A DNA stretch of 64,000 nucleotides from the human T2T-CHM13v2.0 reference genome, Homo sapiens. This document shows, in pieces, positions 46,831-61,599 of the stretch (its first letter is position 1; each line of letters starts with the position of its first letter). Below the pieces are notes generated by a model, which saw nothing but the letters and a program-made list of their open reading frames with translations, did not search any database and was not told where the DNA came from. Both the position numbers and the translations under genes were made by a program. The stretch is taken from the NCBI RefSeq assembly GCF_009914755.1, contig NC_060925.1; one strand, given 5' to 3'.

Positions 46831-49800
46831 TCAGCACTGGCCTGGGCTGTGTTACAACTGCAGCTCTGTTGGTTATTTATTCCTTACTGAATATCCTTAA
46901 ATATTAGTGTATCCTTCCTCAATTTCCCTCTATCATCTCACACAGTTAATTGACAATATTGATTTCTTCTTCTCTTCCCTATCCTTCCACATCCTCTCCA
47001 ACCTCACACTAAACACTCAAAGACCTAACTACTTCAGTGAAATAACAATGGGCAGACAGCTGCCTGATCTCAAGTAACGTGGACTTGAGGTCTTAGGGAC
47101 AAGGTAGCAATACTAAGAGGGGAAAAACTATTACTTGCTATTGTCAGAGCAGATCAGAAACCCTGATCAGAAGCCAAAAGTCATGACAACGAAAATAAAA
47201 GGGAAGAAGAAATATAAAGAGGTGATTCTGTAGGAAACCTAGGACTAAAAGATTTCTAGGCACAGACAAAGCACGAAATTTTGGTCACAAACTCCCTTTC
47301 CCTTCCTTGACCTTCTGAAGCTCTGATCCTACTCATTACATAAGAGACCCACATACTTGCCCCAGAATATAGACACTGTCAACAAACTCTGACACCAAAC
47401 TTACATAGAAAAACACATCTCCTACAGGTTTCCAGCCCTTTCTGGAATTGTTTACTTACGCTAGGGACAACAACACAAATATTAAGGTGCTGTTCTCTTT
47501 TATTTAGTGGGTTTCAAATATTTTTTATAGATTTTTCTGATGATAGCTTAAATATTTAATAGAAAACTAGTTCAAATTGGTTATCTCAAAATTTGATCTT
47601 AGGATTCAGAATGAAAAGAAAACTTGTTTTTAGCTGGCAATGCATACCTCGGCTAACCCCACCAAGCACCCCCAGGCCTCTGTCAATGTATTTTTTGGTT
47701 TAAATATGTGTATCAAGTAGTATGTAGGATGTTAGTCTGTTTATTCTCAGATCCTTTTTTATGTGAGGCATTTCAATGTGTAGGGTAGTTCAGTCTATTC
47801 TTCTGCTTTCACTTTGAAATTTTATTTCCCTTCCGCTATTATACATTTTATATTCTAAATAGGAAAGTGCATTAAGTAACCATTGATTTTTTTTCTCCCA
47901 CTCTCCTCTGCACACTGAATACTTTTGAGAAAACATTAGGCTTCCACATGGGAATCTAGGTTAAGTATCAAAATATATTTTTTACACAGTGAGGCTAGAG
48001 TAGGATTGATAGGGAGATGAAATATTGATGTCATTTTTTGATGATCAATTAACTGCTTGTTTTCAAAAATGTACTTGATAAAAATTTAGAGGAAATTATA
48101 TCCATCCATATACAGTTGGAAGGTTGGGGTATTATAACATCTATGTCAAACAAGTCCAAGGACTCCAGCATGGATATACAGTAGTCAGTAAACCCAGAAA
48201 ATAAAGAAGCCTTGATAAAATACGTTTGGTAAGGTATATTGCTAACTTATTTTATCCATCCAGGGTTCTCCTGACATAAAAGTCAGAGAGGAGCTACTTT
48301 GGTCAAATATCTATCTGTAACAAGGCCTGAAGGTGTTCTTAATCTCGGGACATATGAAGACAAAATGCCTTGTTAAAAATGACCAAACTCACCATGAGAA
48401 AATAGACGTCAACTTATGTTACTATATGTAATTATATACTACTTATGCTAAATTATATTTAGGTTGCAATAAATATTTGAAATTTATCCTTTTTAAAGAC
48501 TGACAGAAATGAGATTCTGTGTCTTTAAGTCTAAGTCTCTTTTCTCATCCTCTTCTGTTCCTCATTCTTCTGCCTACATGGCCTATGTACTGAATCATGG
48601 GATGCTCTTGTTTATACTCACTTACAGTGAATGTTGATATCTTGTATTTGGCTAACATTTCTAAATCTGGAAAGTATGTTATCTTTCTTCAAAGCTAGGT
48701 TGAGCACTAGATCCTTATCAATGGTATGTTGCATGTATTGGGAAAGCCACAAATTGGAGTGTATAAAAACTGAAGTGTTATATTTTATTTTAGTGGCCTT
48801 AATTTATTTTAAATATAATTTCAGAAATTGGCTGTACAAATTCCAGAGGAAGGGTGGGTTTATTTAACACTGTGGTCTTCCCATGTTAGGAGTGAGATAA
48901 CACAATAAAGTCTATATTATTGTTTGTCTATTATAACACCTATTGACACATACATGTTCCCATCTGACCTATGGTCATAGATTCACCCAGGCTGCTGTTT
49001 ATTCCAAATTTAGGGCACTAATCCCTATGCCATGGCTGTACTGCTCTCCATGCATAAAGGATATGTTTTATGAATTTGAAACACATCAGGGTCTGGGTAC
49101 CTTTCACACTGATACTTTGGAAGGCACCACTTTAGCTCTATGAGCATTCTTAATGTGTGGTCACACCAAGTGTATCCTGAATAATTTCCTATATCCTTCC
49201 TCAAGAAATCTTCATGTGGTGTGGCAGGGGCAGAGCGCAAATCTACTTCTTGAGGAAATGCCACATACTAAGCTGTTTACATTCTCTCTCATCCTTCTCT
49301 CATTTTCTCCCAGAGAAACTCCATCTAATCTGGGGAGAGAGATAAGGTGGGTAGTCTGTTTTCTCATCCTATCTTTCAAAGTTATCACTTGTGTCATGTG
49401 ATATCTGAGTTCTTGAGAGTTTAGGCTTTTGAATAACTGAGGACTGGATTTTGGTAATCCTATAGAATTTTGCTTTTTAAAATGCTGTATTGTTCCTCCA
49501 AAGGGAGAAGTACAAAGGGTACAAGAAAATCTGAGGAAAACTCTTTGGTAAATATTTCAAATACCAGCCTTGGTATTTACTTTCCTCTAAAATGGTTTGC
49601 ACACATCCTGCTGTGCCTTCCAGCATTATGTGAATTTCTCCTCCAGTTGCCTCTGTCTTCTACACAAACTGCAACAACAGGAGGGAACGTTACTTTCCCT
49701 ACAAAAGTGCTGATTTTTAATTTTCTGTTTATGACATTAGTGGCTCCCCTATTGAGAAGAAATATGGATGCCATGACACACACTGAGCTATGTCATTAAA

Positions 49801-50683
49801 CATTTTCCACTCTGCCACACCTCCATCCTGCTGGCTTTGGTAGCCCAGCAGTATAATCATGTAATAAAACTATACTCAATATTTTATGAGCTTCAGAAGC
49901 ATATAATAAACTCTTAAGTGCTATTGATATACGTAATGCCAAGCAATCAGTACAGATCAAAGAATCAGCTAGTTTAGCAGGATGAGATCCAATTTGAGCT
50001 GCTGTCATTGAGGAAGGGTCATGTTTAGTGGTTTAATATCAAGAGTATTACAGTAATTGACTCTTCTGTTGAGTACAGTGCAGATGTTAACACTACATTG
50101 CAGTAGAGTAACATATTTAATAAGTAAATGACACAACCTCAATCTTGGCTTAAAGGACAGTAGCTGAATTTGCTGCAAGGCCGACATATAACATGAACAC
50201 TATAGACTCTATGTCCATAATACATAAACCTTATGACTGCTAATAATTAATTAAACTGAAGAATTATTGTCTTCTACAACCCATCCTTCCTAAACCTTAA
50301 CTGAACTATGTTGTCTGGTTAGAAAAAAAAAGTTAAAATAAAATTAACAAGTATATAATTAAATTTTAAAAAGCAGGACAAGCATCATATGAGAAGTAAT
50401 TTTTTAATGTGTTATGAAAGGTAGATTGAATGTTCACATTCAGTTGGAGAGATCCAAAAGTCTTCATGGAGAAGTTGTCACCTAAGACAAGTTTTAGAAG
50501 ATGACTAAGACTTTAAATAGCAGACATCATGCATAAAAGTAAGAAAATATTAACGTGAGTAAGATGGAGAATAACATGACTAAATAAGAAAAATATGGGG
50601 GACATCCAACAAGTAGGTTTGATCTATGTGACTGGAGCATAGGGTAATTAAGAGCAGAAGGTAAACTAAAAATGGGTCTGGAA

Positions 50684-50823
50684 TTGGTAGGTGCAGCAAA
50701 CACTATGGCGCATATATACCTGTGTAACAAACCTGCATGTTCTGCACATGTATCCCAGAAGGTAAATTTAAATTTAAAAAAAAAAAACTAACTACGACCC
50801 CCGCAAAAAAAAAAAAAAAAAAA
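50684..50823 (+). mobile_element. Very short L1PA 3' end insertion with a bipartite poly(A) tail, inside an L2 relic
   Basis: ggtgcagcaaacactatggc...gtaacaaacctgcatgttctgcacatgtatcccagaa; TSD aaaaatgggtctggaa / aaaaattggtctgaag. Confidence 0.85.
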
Positions 50824-51239
50824 TTGGTCTGAAGCCAGATACTGAAAGACCCGACATATCAAGTTAAGAGTATCTACCAAAGTTGTTAGGCAATAAGAAG
50901 CTACTGAGGGAATCAAACTATGTTGACTGTGTTTTCCGCAATTTTTCTGGATTGAGAATAAGCTGTCACATATAAAAACTAACTCTTACTCTTTTTTCTT
51001 GATCCTTTTTTCTATGTCTATTTTTAAATCTAGGTTCCCAATATTAATCCTTGTATTTCACTCTCCTCTGCCACATAAACACACAGACACACGTACGAAT
51101 GATCATGTGTCCACACAACCTGGCAAACTCCTTTCCAAGCTGACCTACTGCTTGTTGTTTTATTATTGCCTATGTGTATTTTTTTTCTACCATGAAAATA
51201 TACGCAATAGTTTTAGATTAAAATTATGATGATTTCTGG

Positions 51240-51690
51240 TCAATTTTTTGAGAAGCCCAACTTCCATTCACTACATTTTTTTCTTTTGCTGTTTACATCA
51301 CAGAGGCTAAAAAAAAGAAAAAAATAAATACTCACTCTGTCAGATTTTCTTGCAATGGAGACCTGTCCTGTGATAGATATCTTGGTACAGGAACACAAAT
51401 CTTTTTTGGTGGCTTCTGGGAAAGCTCTTGCCCAGGCACAAGGGTTGAATTAGTATCATTAGCACCACTTCCTTCCTCTGTCCTCTTCCTGAAATGTGAA
51501 CATGATGCTTGTAACTGAGGATAGTGGGGAGACCAAGGGGATTTCAGAAATGTTGGTTTTGATATCTTTGAGCTATTGAACTAATACTAACAGACTATCT
51601 ACATATATCTAATTATATGAGAAAAGTAAACCTCAAGTTGCTTAATCCAATGTTAGTATACTTGCTGCCAAAACAATGTTCCTATTATAC
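51240..51690 (+). mobile_element. Ancient ERVL-type LTR (LTR33/LTR16-like)
   Basis: ggcttctgggaaagct, tgtgaacatgatgcttgtaact, tgagaaaagtaaacc...tacttgctgccaaaac...cctattatac. Confidence 0.5.
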
Positions 51691-53472
51691 GATGTTTATT
51701 TACTTTACATAAATCTTGACTTTACGTAAATCTATAGAGTGTGTTTAAGTCAAATAACTTATTTGCTACAGTCCACATATGCCGAGTCTCACTTTTTTCA
51801 TTTATAAAATGAGGAAAATATCACCTACTAAGAAGAATTATCAGAACTAAGGGCAATAAAACATCTAATACAGGATTTAAAAAGACATCTAGCACAAGGC
51901 CTGGCCCAGAACAGTCAACAAATAAATACATTAAAATAAATGAATAGATGAATGAATAAGACATTTATACCTCTGAGAAGCTCATTTGAATGGTATTAAA
52001 TTTTTATTGGGTTGATTGCTTAGATGTATCTTTGAACAATCTTCTTGGTGATCTTTTCTTGCTATTAGAAGAAAGTTGAACTTCAAAGAATATTTGCAAC
52101 CAGTCCAAATATAGATTTGGAGGTCAGTATTATGTCTACAGTTAAGGTAAATGATTGAGACAGCATTTTGGGTTTGGTGTCTCTACCTTGAAGCAGAACT
52201 TGATACTAAATCAATCTTGGTGATCAATAGGTGACAAATATCATATTCAAATTTAATGCTGGTGTGATTTCACATCACATCAGCTTGCTAATGTGGTTGG
52301 AAGCTTGCTAATGAAATCTTTTGACTTCTATGACCCAAGATTATATTCCTTCTTTATTTGTGAATGGCTTAAACACTTACTATACAGATAGTTGGATATA
52401 CTAAAAGCTCTCAACATTATATAGGAACTACAGAATACTGTTTGTTAAGGACTCTTGCTATATTATGATTCCACTCAATACTATTGACCTTTAGCATGAT
52501 GTTGACTGATACTAAAAAATATTTATTAATTTAGTGCTTAAACAGCAAAGAAGCAGCCATTGTATGAAGAGGAGTACTCACATTTAGTCACTGTCAAATC
52601 AATATCACACTCAAGAATTTGATACATGAGCAGAAGATAATATCTAGCTCCTAGAGGAAGAGGGGGCATAGCAAACAAAGTCAGATCAAAAGAGGTTGAA
52701 GAGTATGTAGGTTGAAGCTGGCAGCTTGGGGACTGATCTTATCAATCTTCAGCATCTTCTTGTAAGATTAATCTATGACAATTGGATTTGTATACAGATT
52801 CTTACAAAACTTTATTTAGAATTTTTGAAACTGATTTTGTTTTCAATCACAAAAGTTGGCTACAAGGTCTTGTATTTAATTACATCAAAATGTTTTCCTT
52901 TATAAATGATTCCTACCCAGAACTCCTGCTGAACATGTAGAAAGTCAGAAGAAATTTTACAGAGGGCTCTTTACTGGGGCTCACTCCCAGAATCTAGGTT
53001 GAACCTTTAAAACAATAAACATGACCTCATTGGTCACAATGTCACAAGTGAAAGAATCATGGACTTCAAAAAGCTCCAGTAAAACTTTTTGCTTTCGAAG
53101 TTGAATAAAGGACAAGTAGAAATATGCTCAGCATTTAGACAATTTCATATTCAAAGAAAAATTTTCCATTCGGAGCATTTTTCAAGGTCTTCATATCAAT
53201 GATGTGAATGTATTGTTTACTCCCTTTATTATTTCAGTGGATTGTAATGTGGACACTTTCTTCACACATCAACATAGGAGAGAGCAAGGGTGGGAACTTT
53301 TGAACAGAAATAATGGATGTGGTTTTAGATTTAAAAAATTTTTCTCCAGTAAAAGTGAAATTTTTCCTAAATTTCCAAAAAATATTTTTTTATTAAACAA
53401 TAAACAAGTATTTCAAACCATACTGAAGATAGTGGCTTTTCATGTCAAAATTTGCTAGATAAATTAAGATAG

Positions 53473-53798
<326 letters not shown>

Positions 53799-53909
53799 AA
53801 ATAAAGATAGAATAAGCTAATCACAATGGCAATACCCCTGGTGTATGTCTTCACAGTCAAGGAGCACTTTGCTAACACTAAGAAGGGGATGAAAAAAAAA
53901 AAAAGCACA

Positions 53910-54291
53910 TTTGTGTTTATGGAAACTTAACATAAAGGTAATTAAGGTAAGGATTGAGATTATATCATTCTGAATTAGAGGTGGGCCCTAAATTCAATGA
54001 GAGAAGCCACAGAAGTGACAGAAAAAGTTACACAGAGACAAAAAATGGAGGTCACGTGAAGACAGTTGCAGAGACTGAAATTATGCCAGCAACAAGCCGA
54101 GAAATGCCAGGAGCCACTGGAAGCAGAAAGAGGCAAAAAACCACCTACTAGAGCTTTTGGAAAGAGTATCACCCTTCTAACATCTTGATTTTGGACTTCT
54201 GACCTTCAGAACTATTAAAGAATAAATTTCTGTTGTTTTAAGTCATCAACTTTGTGGTCGATTGTTGCAGAAGCTCTAGGAAGTAAATATA
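53910..54291 (+). mobile_element. MLT1B/C-like MaLR LTR (5' part missing)
   Basis: ggtgggccctaaattcaatga, cacgtgaagacag, cttgattttggacttctgaccttcagaact, aataaatttctgttgttttaag. Confidence 0.8.
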
Positions 54292-54404
54292 AGTATGTTC
54301 CATCCTCTGAGACTTCTTATGCTTTGAAAGCTACAAAGTTCAGATACTCATTTTTCCAACATTCCTCACAGACAGGGCTCAGGCCAAAGGTCTAGGTTCT
54401 GTCA

Positions 54405-54943
54405 CAGATTTAGTTATCTATTGCTAAATACCAGTAGCCACACTCATGGTGGCTTAAAAAACACACACTTTTAATTTCATAATTTCTGAGGGTCAGCAGT
54501 CTGAGCAGCACTTAACCGGTAGATGCTCTGTCTTGGGGTCTCGTAACACCTCAAATTGTCATCCAGGGTTGTAATCTCATCTGAGGCTCAGCTGAGGTAG
54601 GTTCTGTTTCCATGTTTATGTGGTTATTGGCAGCATTCAATTCCCTAAGGATTCTGGACTGGGGGCTTCAGTTGTTGCTGGCTGTCATCTGATGCTACCC
54701 TCAGTTTCTTGCCAGGTGGTCCTTTTCAGCATGGCTGCCTGTTTCCCCAAAGTCAGTAAGGAAAAGGGTCTCTTTGGAAAAGGAGTATTACAATCTTATG
54801 TAACATAATCGCATACATTCCAATCACTGTTTTCTATTACTTACAAGCAAGTCTCAGGCTCTGCCCACACCCAAGGGGAGGGGATTACACAAAGGCCCTA
54901 GGAGGTAGGTATTGTAGGAGCCACCTTAGAGTCTGTCCACACA
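54405..54943 (-). mobile_element. MLT1 (D/E/F-like) LTR nested in an older ERVL-type LTR (~54295-55361)
   Basis: ttagttatctattgct...ggtggcttaaaa; aaggggaggggattacacaaagg...gccaccttagagtctgtccacaca; outer element ends aagaaccctcactgataca. Confidence 0.65.
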
Positions 54944-56659
54944 GTAAGTTGGACCCATCTGTACTTTAAATGGGGAAATGGTGACATAGAGAATTAGGAA
55001 GAGTGAGGAATCCATTCTGGAGTCACTAGCGATGGTGGCAGCAGTATTCTGCTCCCAGGACAGTGGTCTCCAGGGCCCAATAACTGCATTTTACTGGCAA
55101 AATACCAGTACTAGTAGGGGGTGCTACTGAGACTTGAGTTCATGGGGAGGAGCTGCTGTCATCAAATTAGTTCTAAAGCATGATTTTGGCTACGGTTTTG
55201 GCTACAAAACCTCTCTTGCTTCTACTCATTTTATTCGTCTGTTTCTTAACCTTCCCTGTGATTTTGTGAGCTACCTGAAAACTTTCTAATATATTCATTT
55301 TATGCTTTAATCAACTACACTTGATTCCTATTGTGTGTAATCAAGAACCCTCACTGATACACTTAGTAAACTAAAGATTGCTTTCTAGGATTCCAGTCTG
55401 CCTACCTACACCTCTCCTGCCTTTCCTTACTATAAACAATAGAGACTACGATCATTAAACTTGGATGTAAACATAATCTTGTTTCTCTCTAGAAGAGCCT
55501 CCCTGACTCCTCAATTAGGTTAAGTATTCCAGCTATATGTTTCTATAGCATTTCCCCTTCGTAACAGTTATTACGCTTGACTGTCATTATTTTTCAAATA
55601 AAGTATTCCCAAGTAAACTCAAAGTCTCCTTTCTCCACAGCCTTCATTAACCTCTAAATCAGTGCTGTTAGATAAATAGAGTTTAAGTGCTAAAATAATA
55701 AATGTATAAGTGAAATTTTATTACTATGTTCTCTATAGTCCCAGTCCCACCTAGTAATCAATTGTGTCTAACATTGGATAGCTCTATTTGTCAAAAGTGT
55801 AGAGTTAACCTTTGCTGTCATTATTTTGAATTTTTATTCTGAAAATACTTGTTGCATAATTCATTCATGATAAGAATTCACATTTCCTCAATTCAGTGTC
55901 AGAAAGCAGAAGTATTATTTCATCTTTTGGTCTACCTAGATTCCTTATACTATGTTCCAAAACTTTATGATATTTATACAATAGCAGATTAAATTCTTAC
56001 TGGATGTTTGCAACCAACTTTATCTGTTTTATTGCCATATATTCACTACACTTTCAATATTCTTTTTTTCTTCCCTTCACATATTCTTTGCTGATCTACT
56101 ATATCACCATGTTCTCTCAGCATAGCTTTGTTTATATCTTTCCTTTCATTCCAGTGCTCACTTCCTCCTTCTACAAATATTGAAATGCTACTCATCCAAC
56201 AAAAATATAATGCTTTCTGCTACCATTTCCCTGCCAAGCCCAAAGTGACATTTTCCTACTTCAAACTCTCACACTTATTATTTTATAACTTCTGTAATAA
56301 TTATGTATGTCTTATCTCTTTTAGTACAATATAAGTTGCTTGAGTATAATGTATGACTGATTCATCTTTATATTCTCTGATTACTTTATATATACCAGGC
56401 ATGCTGTAAATACCTGACTGATCTTACAGTGAGGAGAATATAGGATGGAATGGATATAAGAGCAATCCCATTAAAGACTACCTGTGGCTATTAGTCACCT
56501 TCCAAACAAAAGATGCTGAGTTCTCTAAATTGCTTTATGTGAGATGTAACACAAAACCACATGTGAGTATAACCTAAAAGAATTGTGTAATCCAAATAAT
56601 GCCATGCATAAAAACCTTGTAGAATTAATCACCTCCCTCAGTTTCTGTAGTATTCATTA

Positions 56660-57035
56660 ATGGTACTGTGTGCCAAACATTTTTGGATTTATTCCATCTA
56701 TCTTCCAGGCACAGGCACAATTTGGGATTGTGTGGAGTTATGTGACTTGTTCAATGAGTGTGAGTGAGAGTGACATCTGCCAATCCAAAGCCATAGAATT
56801 TAATAGCCTAATGAGATTTTAAGAGACCTTCTTTCACTTGGGCATGGTGACTTACTGCATTTGAGATGATGCCACCCCACATTCTGGGTCCCTGACACAC
56901 TATGATGAAGAGAGCTTTTTGCTAACCTAAAATGGACATTTAGCATGAATGAGAAATAAAACTGTGGATTGTAAGTGACTGAGAATCAAAGTTATTTGTT
57001 ACAATAATGTAAGCCTACTTATTCTAACTGATGAT
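56660..57035 (+). mobile_element. MLT1 (I/J-like) LTR
   Basis: atggacatttagcatgaatgagaaataaaact...ttatttgttacaat...ttattctaactgat. Confidence 0.6.
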
Positions 57036-59769
57036 ACGTTTATTTTCTTTACCATCCAGGAAGCCTGGAGATGTTTAATAGTATAGTATGCTTATGATTT
57101 TTAATTTCTCACTATTCTTTGCTTCACATTTCCTGTCACCAACTGTTTAGAACATCAGCCATAATTTATGCACATGCAAAAGGAAGTTAAAATTATTGAT
57201 GGGAAAAATTAGCTGTTATGAATTGGATATGGAGAATGATTTATTCAATAAAAATATAGAAATATAATAGAATAAATTCTTTTAGAAAAGAAGTAAAGGA
57301 TTAAACTTTAAATGTAGAACGTCATTAATATTATACTACTCTCAAATTCCTATGGACTTTTGTTGTTTATTTTGAGAATTATCTATAAAACAAAGACAAG
57401 ATGATGAATGCAACTGATAAAATGTGTGGGTTTTAGGCTATGATTATAAAGGTAACTTTTTCTATGGTAAAAATCTGAATTTTTATTAGATGAGCATGTT
57501 CATAGAGAAAATTTATATTAATATACAAATATATTATTATACCTTTTAAAGAAGAGTGTTACATTTGTCATATGTTACCCCAAATTTTAATGAATTATTT
57601 TTCTTTTATAGAAGATCTAAATTTTAGAGATAAGTTACTTGCCATAGGACACAATTGCAAGCAATAAAAGTTTAAAAAATAATATGATCGGCACACTTAC
57701 TCTTGGAGTTAACCATTTTAACCATCTGATGGCCAAGAAGCAATTTTAGCATAATAAGCTTTTTCTATAGAAGATTACAGTAGAAATTCTAGCCTAGAGG
57801 ATCCTTAATTATGATGAATTAAGAATTCAAAATACTTAATTATGATGTTATTTTAGCTCACTATGACTTTTGAGGTGTTAGGAAACTTCTTTATGTGTCT
57901 AAGAAGGACCATTTATGACAATGGTAAAGTATGGAGAGGCCAGTAAACAAGGGAGCCATCACAGTCTTATGGGAGCCATGAGGAAGGATAGAGTAAGGTC
58001 TTACCTTGGAACATGCAAGGGCAAGAGCAGTTGAGGCGAAAGAGTGAAACTTTTCATAACTATTGTTATTTTCTAGGCATACAGGGCTCAAGATAAAGTT
58101 TATCATCATCAGTCCCAAATCCAAGTCTCAGTCAGGACACAGAAATCATTCTAAGTATTTTTTAACAAAGAGAGATTTCACATAGGGGATTAATTGCTTA
58201 CAAAATCTTTGAGAGAACTAAAGATGCAAAGGTCAGGGATAACTTCTGCTATCTTTTAGGTTCACCACTACAGGAATAGTGTGGAAAACCAGGTGGTAAT
58301 AAGGGTCTGCCAACCAAGACAAGGAACTCCAGAAAACTATTATTGATGATCACAGCAAAACCTCTGCAGAAATTTCACATCTGCTGAAGCCCATGGCATT
58401 TGCCTAGTACTGCCAAAGGAAAAAATAATGTCTTCTGGTCTCCATTCCACCTTCAAAATCATGCTCCAGTGCACCTTGTTGTTAGAACATAAATTGTATT
58501 CTATTCCACAGAGTCAAGAGAATCTAGAGAATTTGATTTCTAAATTCCCAGCTCCTTCAAAACAGAAGAAACCTTAGAAGGGTTTTGCTGCTTGCAAAAT
58601 GAAATTAAACCTGCACACTTATTTCTGTTCTCTTAATAAAGACTTTGAAGAGATTAATTCATGATACCTGCAATGTTTCTCAGATTTCCTTGGACAATCT
58701 CAAATCATTCATACCTGTGCCTCTCCCTCACTTTTCAGTTGCCCTGCTCCCAAACACCTTCACTCTCATCCACTTTTTTTTCTCTTTGTCCTACTCCCTT
58801 CCCTTCATTCCTTTATGCTACTCAACTTAAAAATGAAAAGCAAACAAATGAACAACAACAACAACAAAAACATTGAACAAGCTTTGGATTTCCCACTGGA
58901 TGTAAGCTTCAGGCTTTTAAGAAATTGTATGAAAATTTCCTAAGCCCACTCAATGTGTTTGTCTTGTCTTTTAAGTTCTTAGGTGTTTATGAGATCCTGG
59001 TCACTATGTATATCTAATCAAAACTGACTTTTTTTAATATAGGACCTAGTTCCTTTCTTTTGTTTACTCATAACAGCACTCTTGAAAGTCACTATCAGCG
59101 CAAAACGTTTGGCCTGACTGGGTGAGGGATGCGTAACAACATCATATGGCAAAGATAAGATTAGATATTCAACACTTCTTTTTATTTGGCCACCCATACC
59201 ACTGAGAACTTCTTTCTCTTGTCCTTCTCTTCCCCTGTTTTCACCTTCCTTTCTTCCCAACTCCTAATCACTCTTCGTTTCTTATGCAGAACGTAAGTTT
59301 CATATCTCCTTTTAGTTTCATGATCTCCTTTTACACTACAGTAGGTGCAGGGAGATAAGGAGCATCTCACTTTCCCTTCCCAAGGAGACCTATGAAGAAG
59401 TATTTTATTAAATGAAAAATCATCTACTCTGAACAGCAGTTATGTCATTTTCATAGGGACAGAAGTAGTGGCCAATATTGTTATTCTAAATGGAGCAATT
59501 TATTTTGTACTATGCTATTCAAAGAAAGACCAGTGCTTTCATTCTCAGTTCTTAACCTCATAAAAAGGTGAACTGTATAATTAGTACAGAAGCAAGCTGA
59601 AAACCAGAATGCACAGAGAAACAGACTATTGTTATTACTAGTTTGATAATCTGGCATAGAACCCAGAGTAACACAGGCTTCCTTAGTGAAGGCTTCAGTG
59701 ATGTTTGAATGAGTAGAGGAATTGCAATCCTCCCTTCCTGAGCCATGTTTGAATTATTTCTATGGAGAA

Positions 59770-60000
59770 ATGGTGGGTGAAGTGGATAAGGGTGCAGAGC
59801 CTGGACTCAGCCTGCCTGAATTTGAATCTTTTCACTGGTACTTAATTGTCATGCAATCTAGAAAATCTGGATGTAGGACAACTTCGCTAACATTTCTAAG
59901 ACTCTGTTTCATGGAAAAGAAATGAAACACAGACAAAAATATTCCCTCCCTCATAGCTGTTGAAAGGATTAAATAAGGAGATATGTGTAAAGTATTCAAC
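59770..60000 (+). mobile_element. MIR SINE relic
   Basis: gtggataagggtgcagagcctggactcagcctgcctgaatttgaatc; ctcatagctgttgaaaggattaaataaggagatatgtgtaaag. Confidence 0.7.
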
Positions 60001-60069
60001 AACACACACAGATATGTGCATTAATGCACACATGCTTTTATAAAACGCAAGTTACCAAAACAAAAAAAC

Positions 60070-61092
60070 TCATTGTCATTCCAGGCTCCTTTCTCCGCTC
60101 AGCCTCCATATCCAGTTGTTCACAGCATTTAGCCAATTATACCTTTTAAATACCTTCCAAATCTTTTTCCTCCCTACTTTAGTTTAAACCCTCAAAAACA
60201 TCTCCTGCCTATACTGTGGCAATCATATCTTAACTCATTTTTATTATTATGGTTGTGTCATACCTCCACCCACCCCACATTCCCATTGATTACTTACACC
60301 ACAGCCAGTGTTCTTCCTGTACAGAAAATGTGATGTCTAACTCTAATTTAAATGCCTTCACTGTTTCTGAAATACCTACAGAGTAAACTTTAATCTATAT
60401 ATTTTAGTAAATATGAACCTTATCATCCAAATTTGCCAACATCTACAACAGTGAGCATCAAACTGCAGAGTGTATCACACTTTCCAGGGATATTGCAAAA
60501 AAATGCAAATTTTAGATCCTTACTCCATGAACAGCCTCATACGCTAAGTCTCAATTAAGACCATCAGTCTGAATTTTATCACTTAATCCAGGAAAGTCTG
60601 AAGCAAGATTCCTGTGGTCATCCCATAAGACCTGTGGCTTCACCCTGTAGCCACATAGTCACCCATTTCTTCACTACACCCACTCTCTGTCTGCCCTATA
60701 CAACCAGTGGGTCTTCAAATACAATATAGTTTAAATGTCTTCATGCCTTTACTACTATTTCTACTTCTTGGAAAGTCCCCCCACCCATTCTGTCTAGCTA
60801 ATTCTCATTCATCTTTCAGCATTTCATTCAAGGTCACTTCTATGCGAGGATATCCCTAGTCCACTCATGGGGCTGTCTATCTTCTCCTGCATTTCAGTAA
60901 GCTCTTGTACTAACCTCTACTTGTGCTTGTTGCATTGGGTTACAAGCGAATTTTAAATGTTATTCCTCCCTACAAGACTATGAAATTATGGCATGCAGGG
61001 AAAACTTCCTACTTATTTCTGTGTTGCCATTATTCAGTACCTGGCACATGCTAGGTGCCCCACAAATAAATATTTGTTAACTGAATGAATAA
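60070..61092 (+). mobile_element. L2 LINE 3' region (fragmented)
   Basis: Ends cagtacctggcacatgctaggtgccc...aataaatatttgttaactgaatgaat, the L2 3' terminus. Confidence 0.7.
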
Positions 61093-61599
61093 ACTAATAA
61101 ATATTAGAAAGTCACTTACTTGGGATTATTTAAAAATTGAGGTCACCTCCACATGACAAGATATTTCTTCCACAAGCTTTCTGCTCTTATTCAAACAACC
61201 ATCATTGGATACCATCTCAAATCTTTACAAGACTAAGAGCTAAATGTTATTAACTTTATACTTAAAACATCTGACAAAATTGAAGGCTGTTTTCTATTTA
61301 TTTGATTAGTTGGTTTAACTGAATAAGAAATTACAAGACCCTGATGAGATAGAACGTGGAAAGGTGTTTTACTTTTCCTTTACTCCCTTTTAAATACGAT
61401 GGCTGGAATAACCCAGGTGTCACCTGAAATGTTGATGACTTTGCCTGAAAGTGGAATTCTCTAACCATCTGCAGCTGGTGCAATTCAGTTGACTGTGGGA
61501 GTGGATGATCTATAGGTTTACTTGACACTTGTAACCAAGCTCTGTCGGCACAATAGAGTGACCATTTAAACAACGGCTAGCATTCTTTCCAACTTTTTA

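Noticed and set aside
48600-50200. Several 60-109 aa ORFs in unique sequence as protein-coding exons
   Set aside because: Mostly non-ATG starts, overlapping on both strands, no domain similarity or consistent splice structure.
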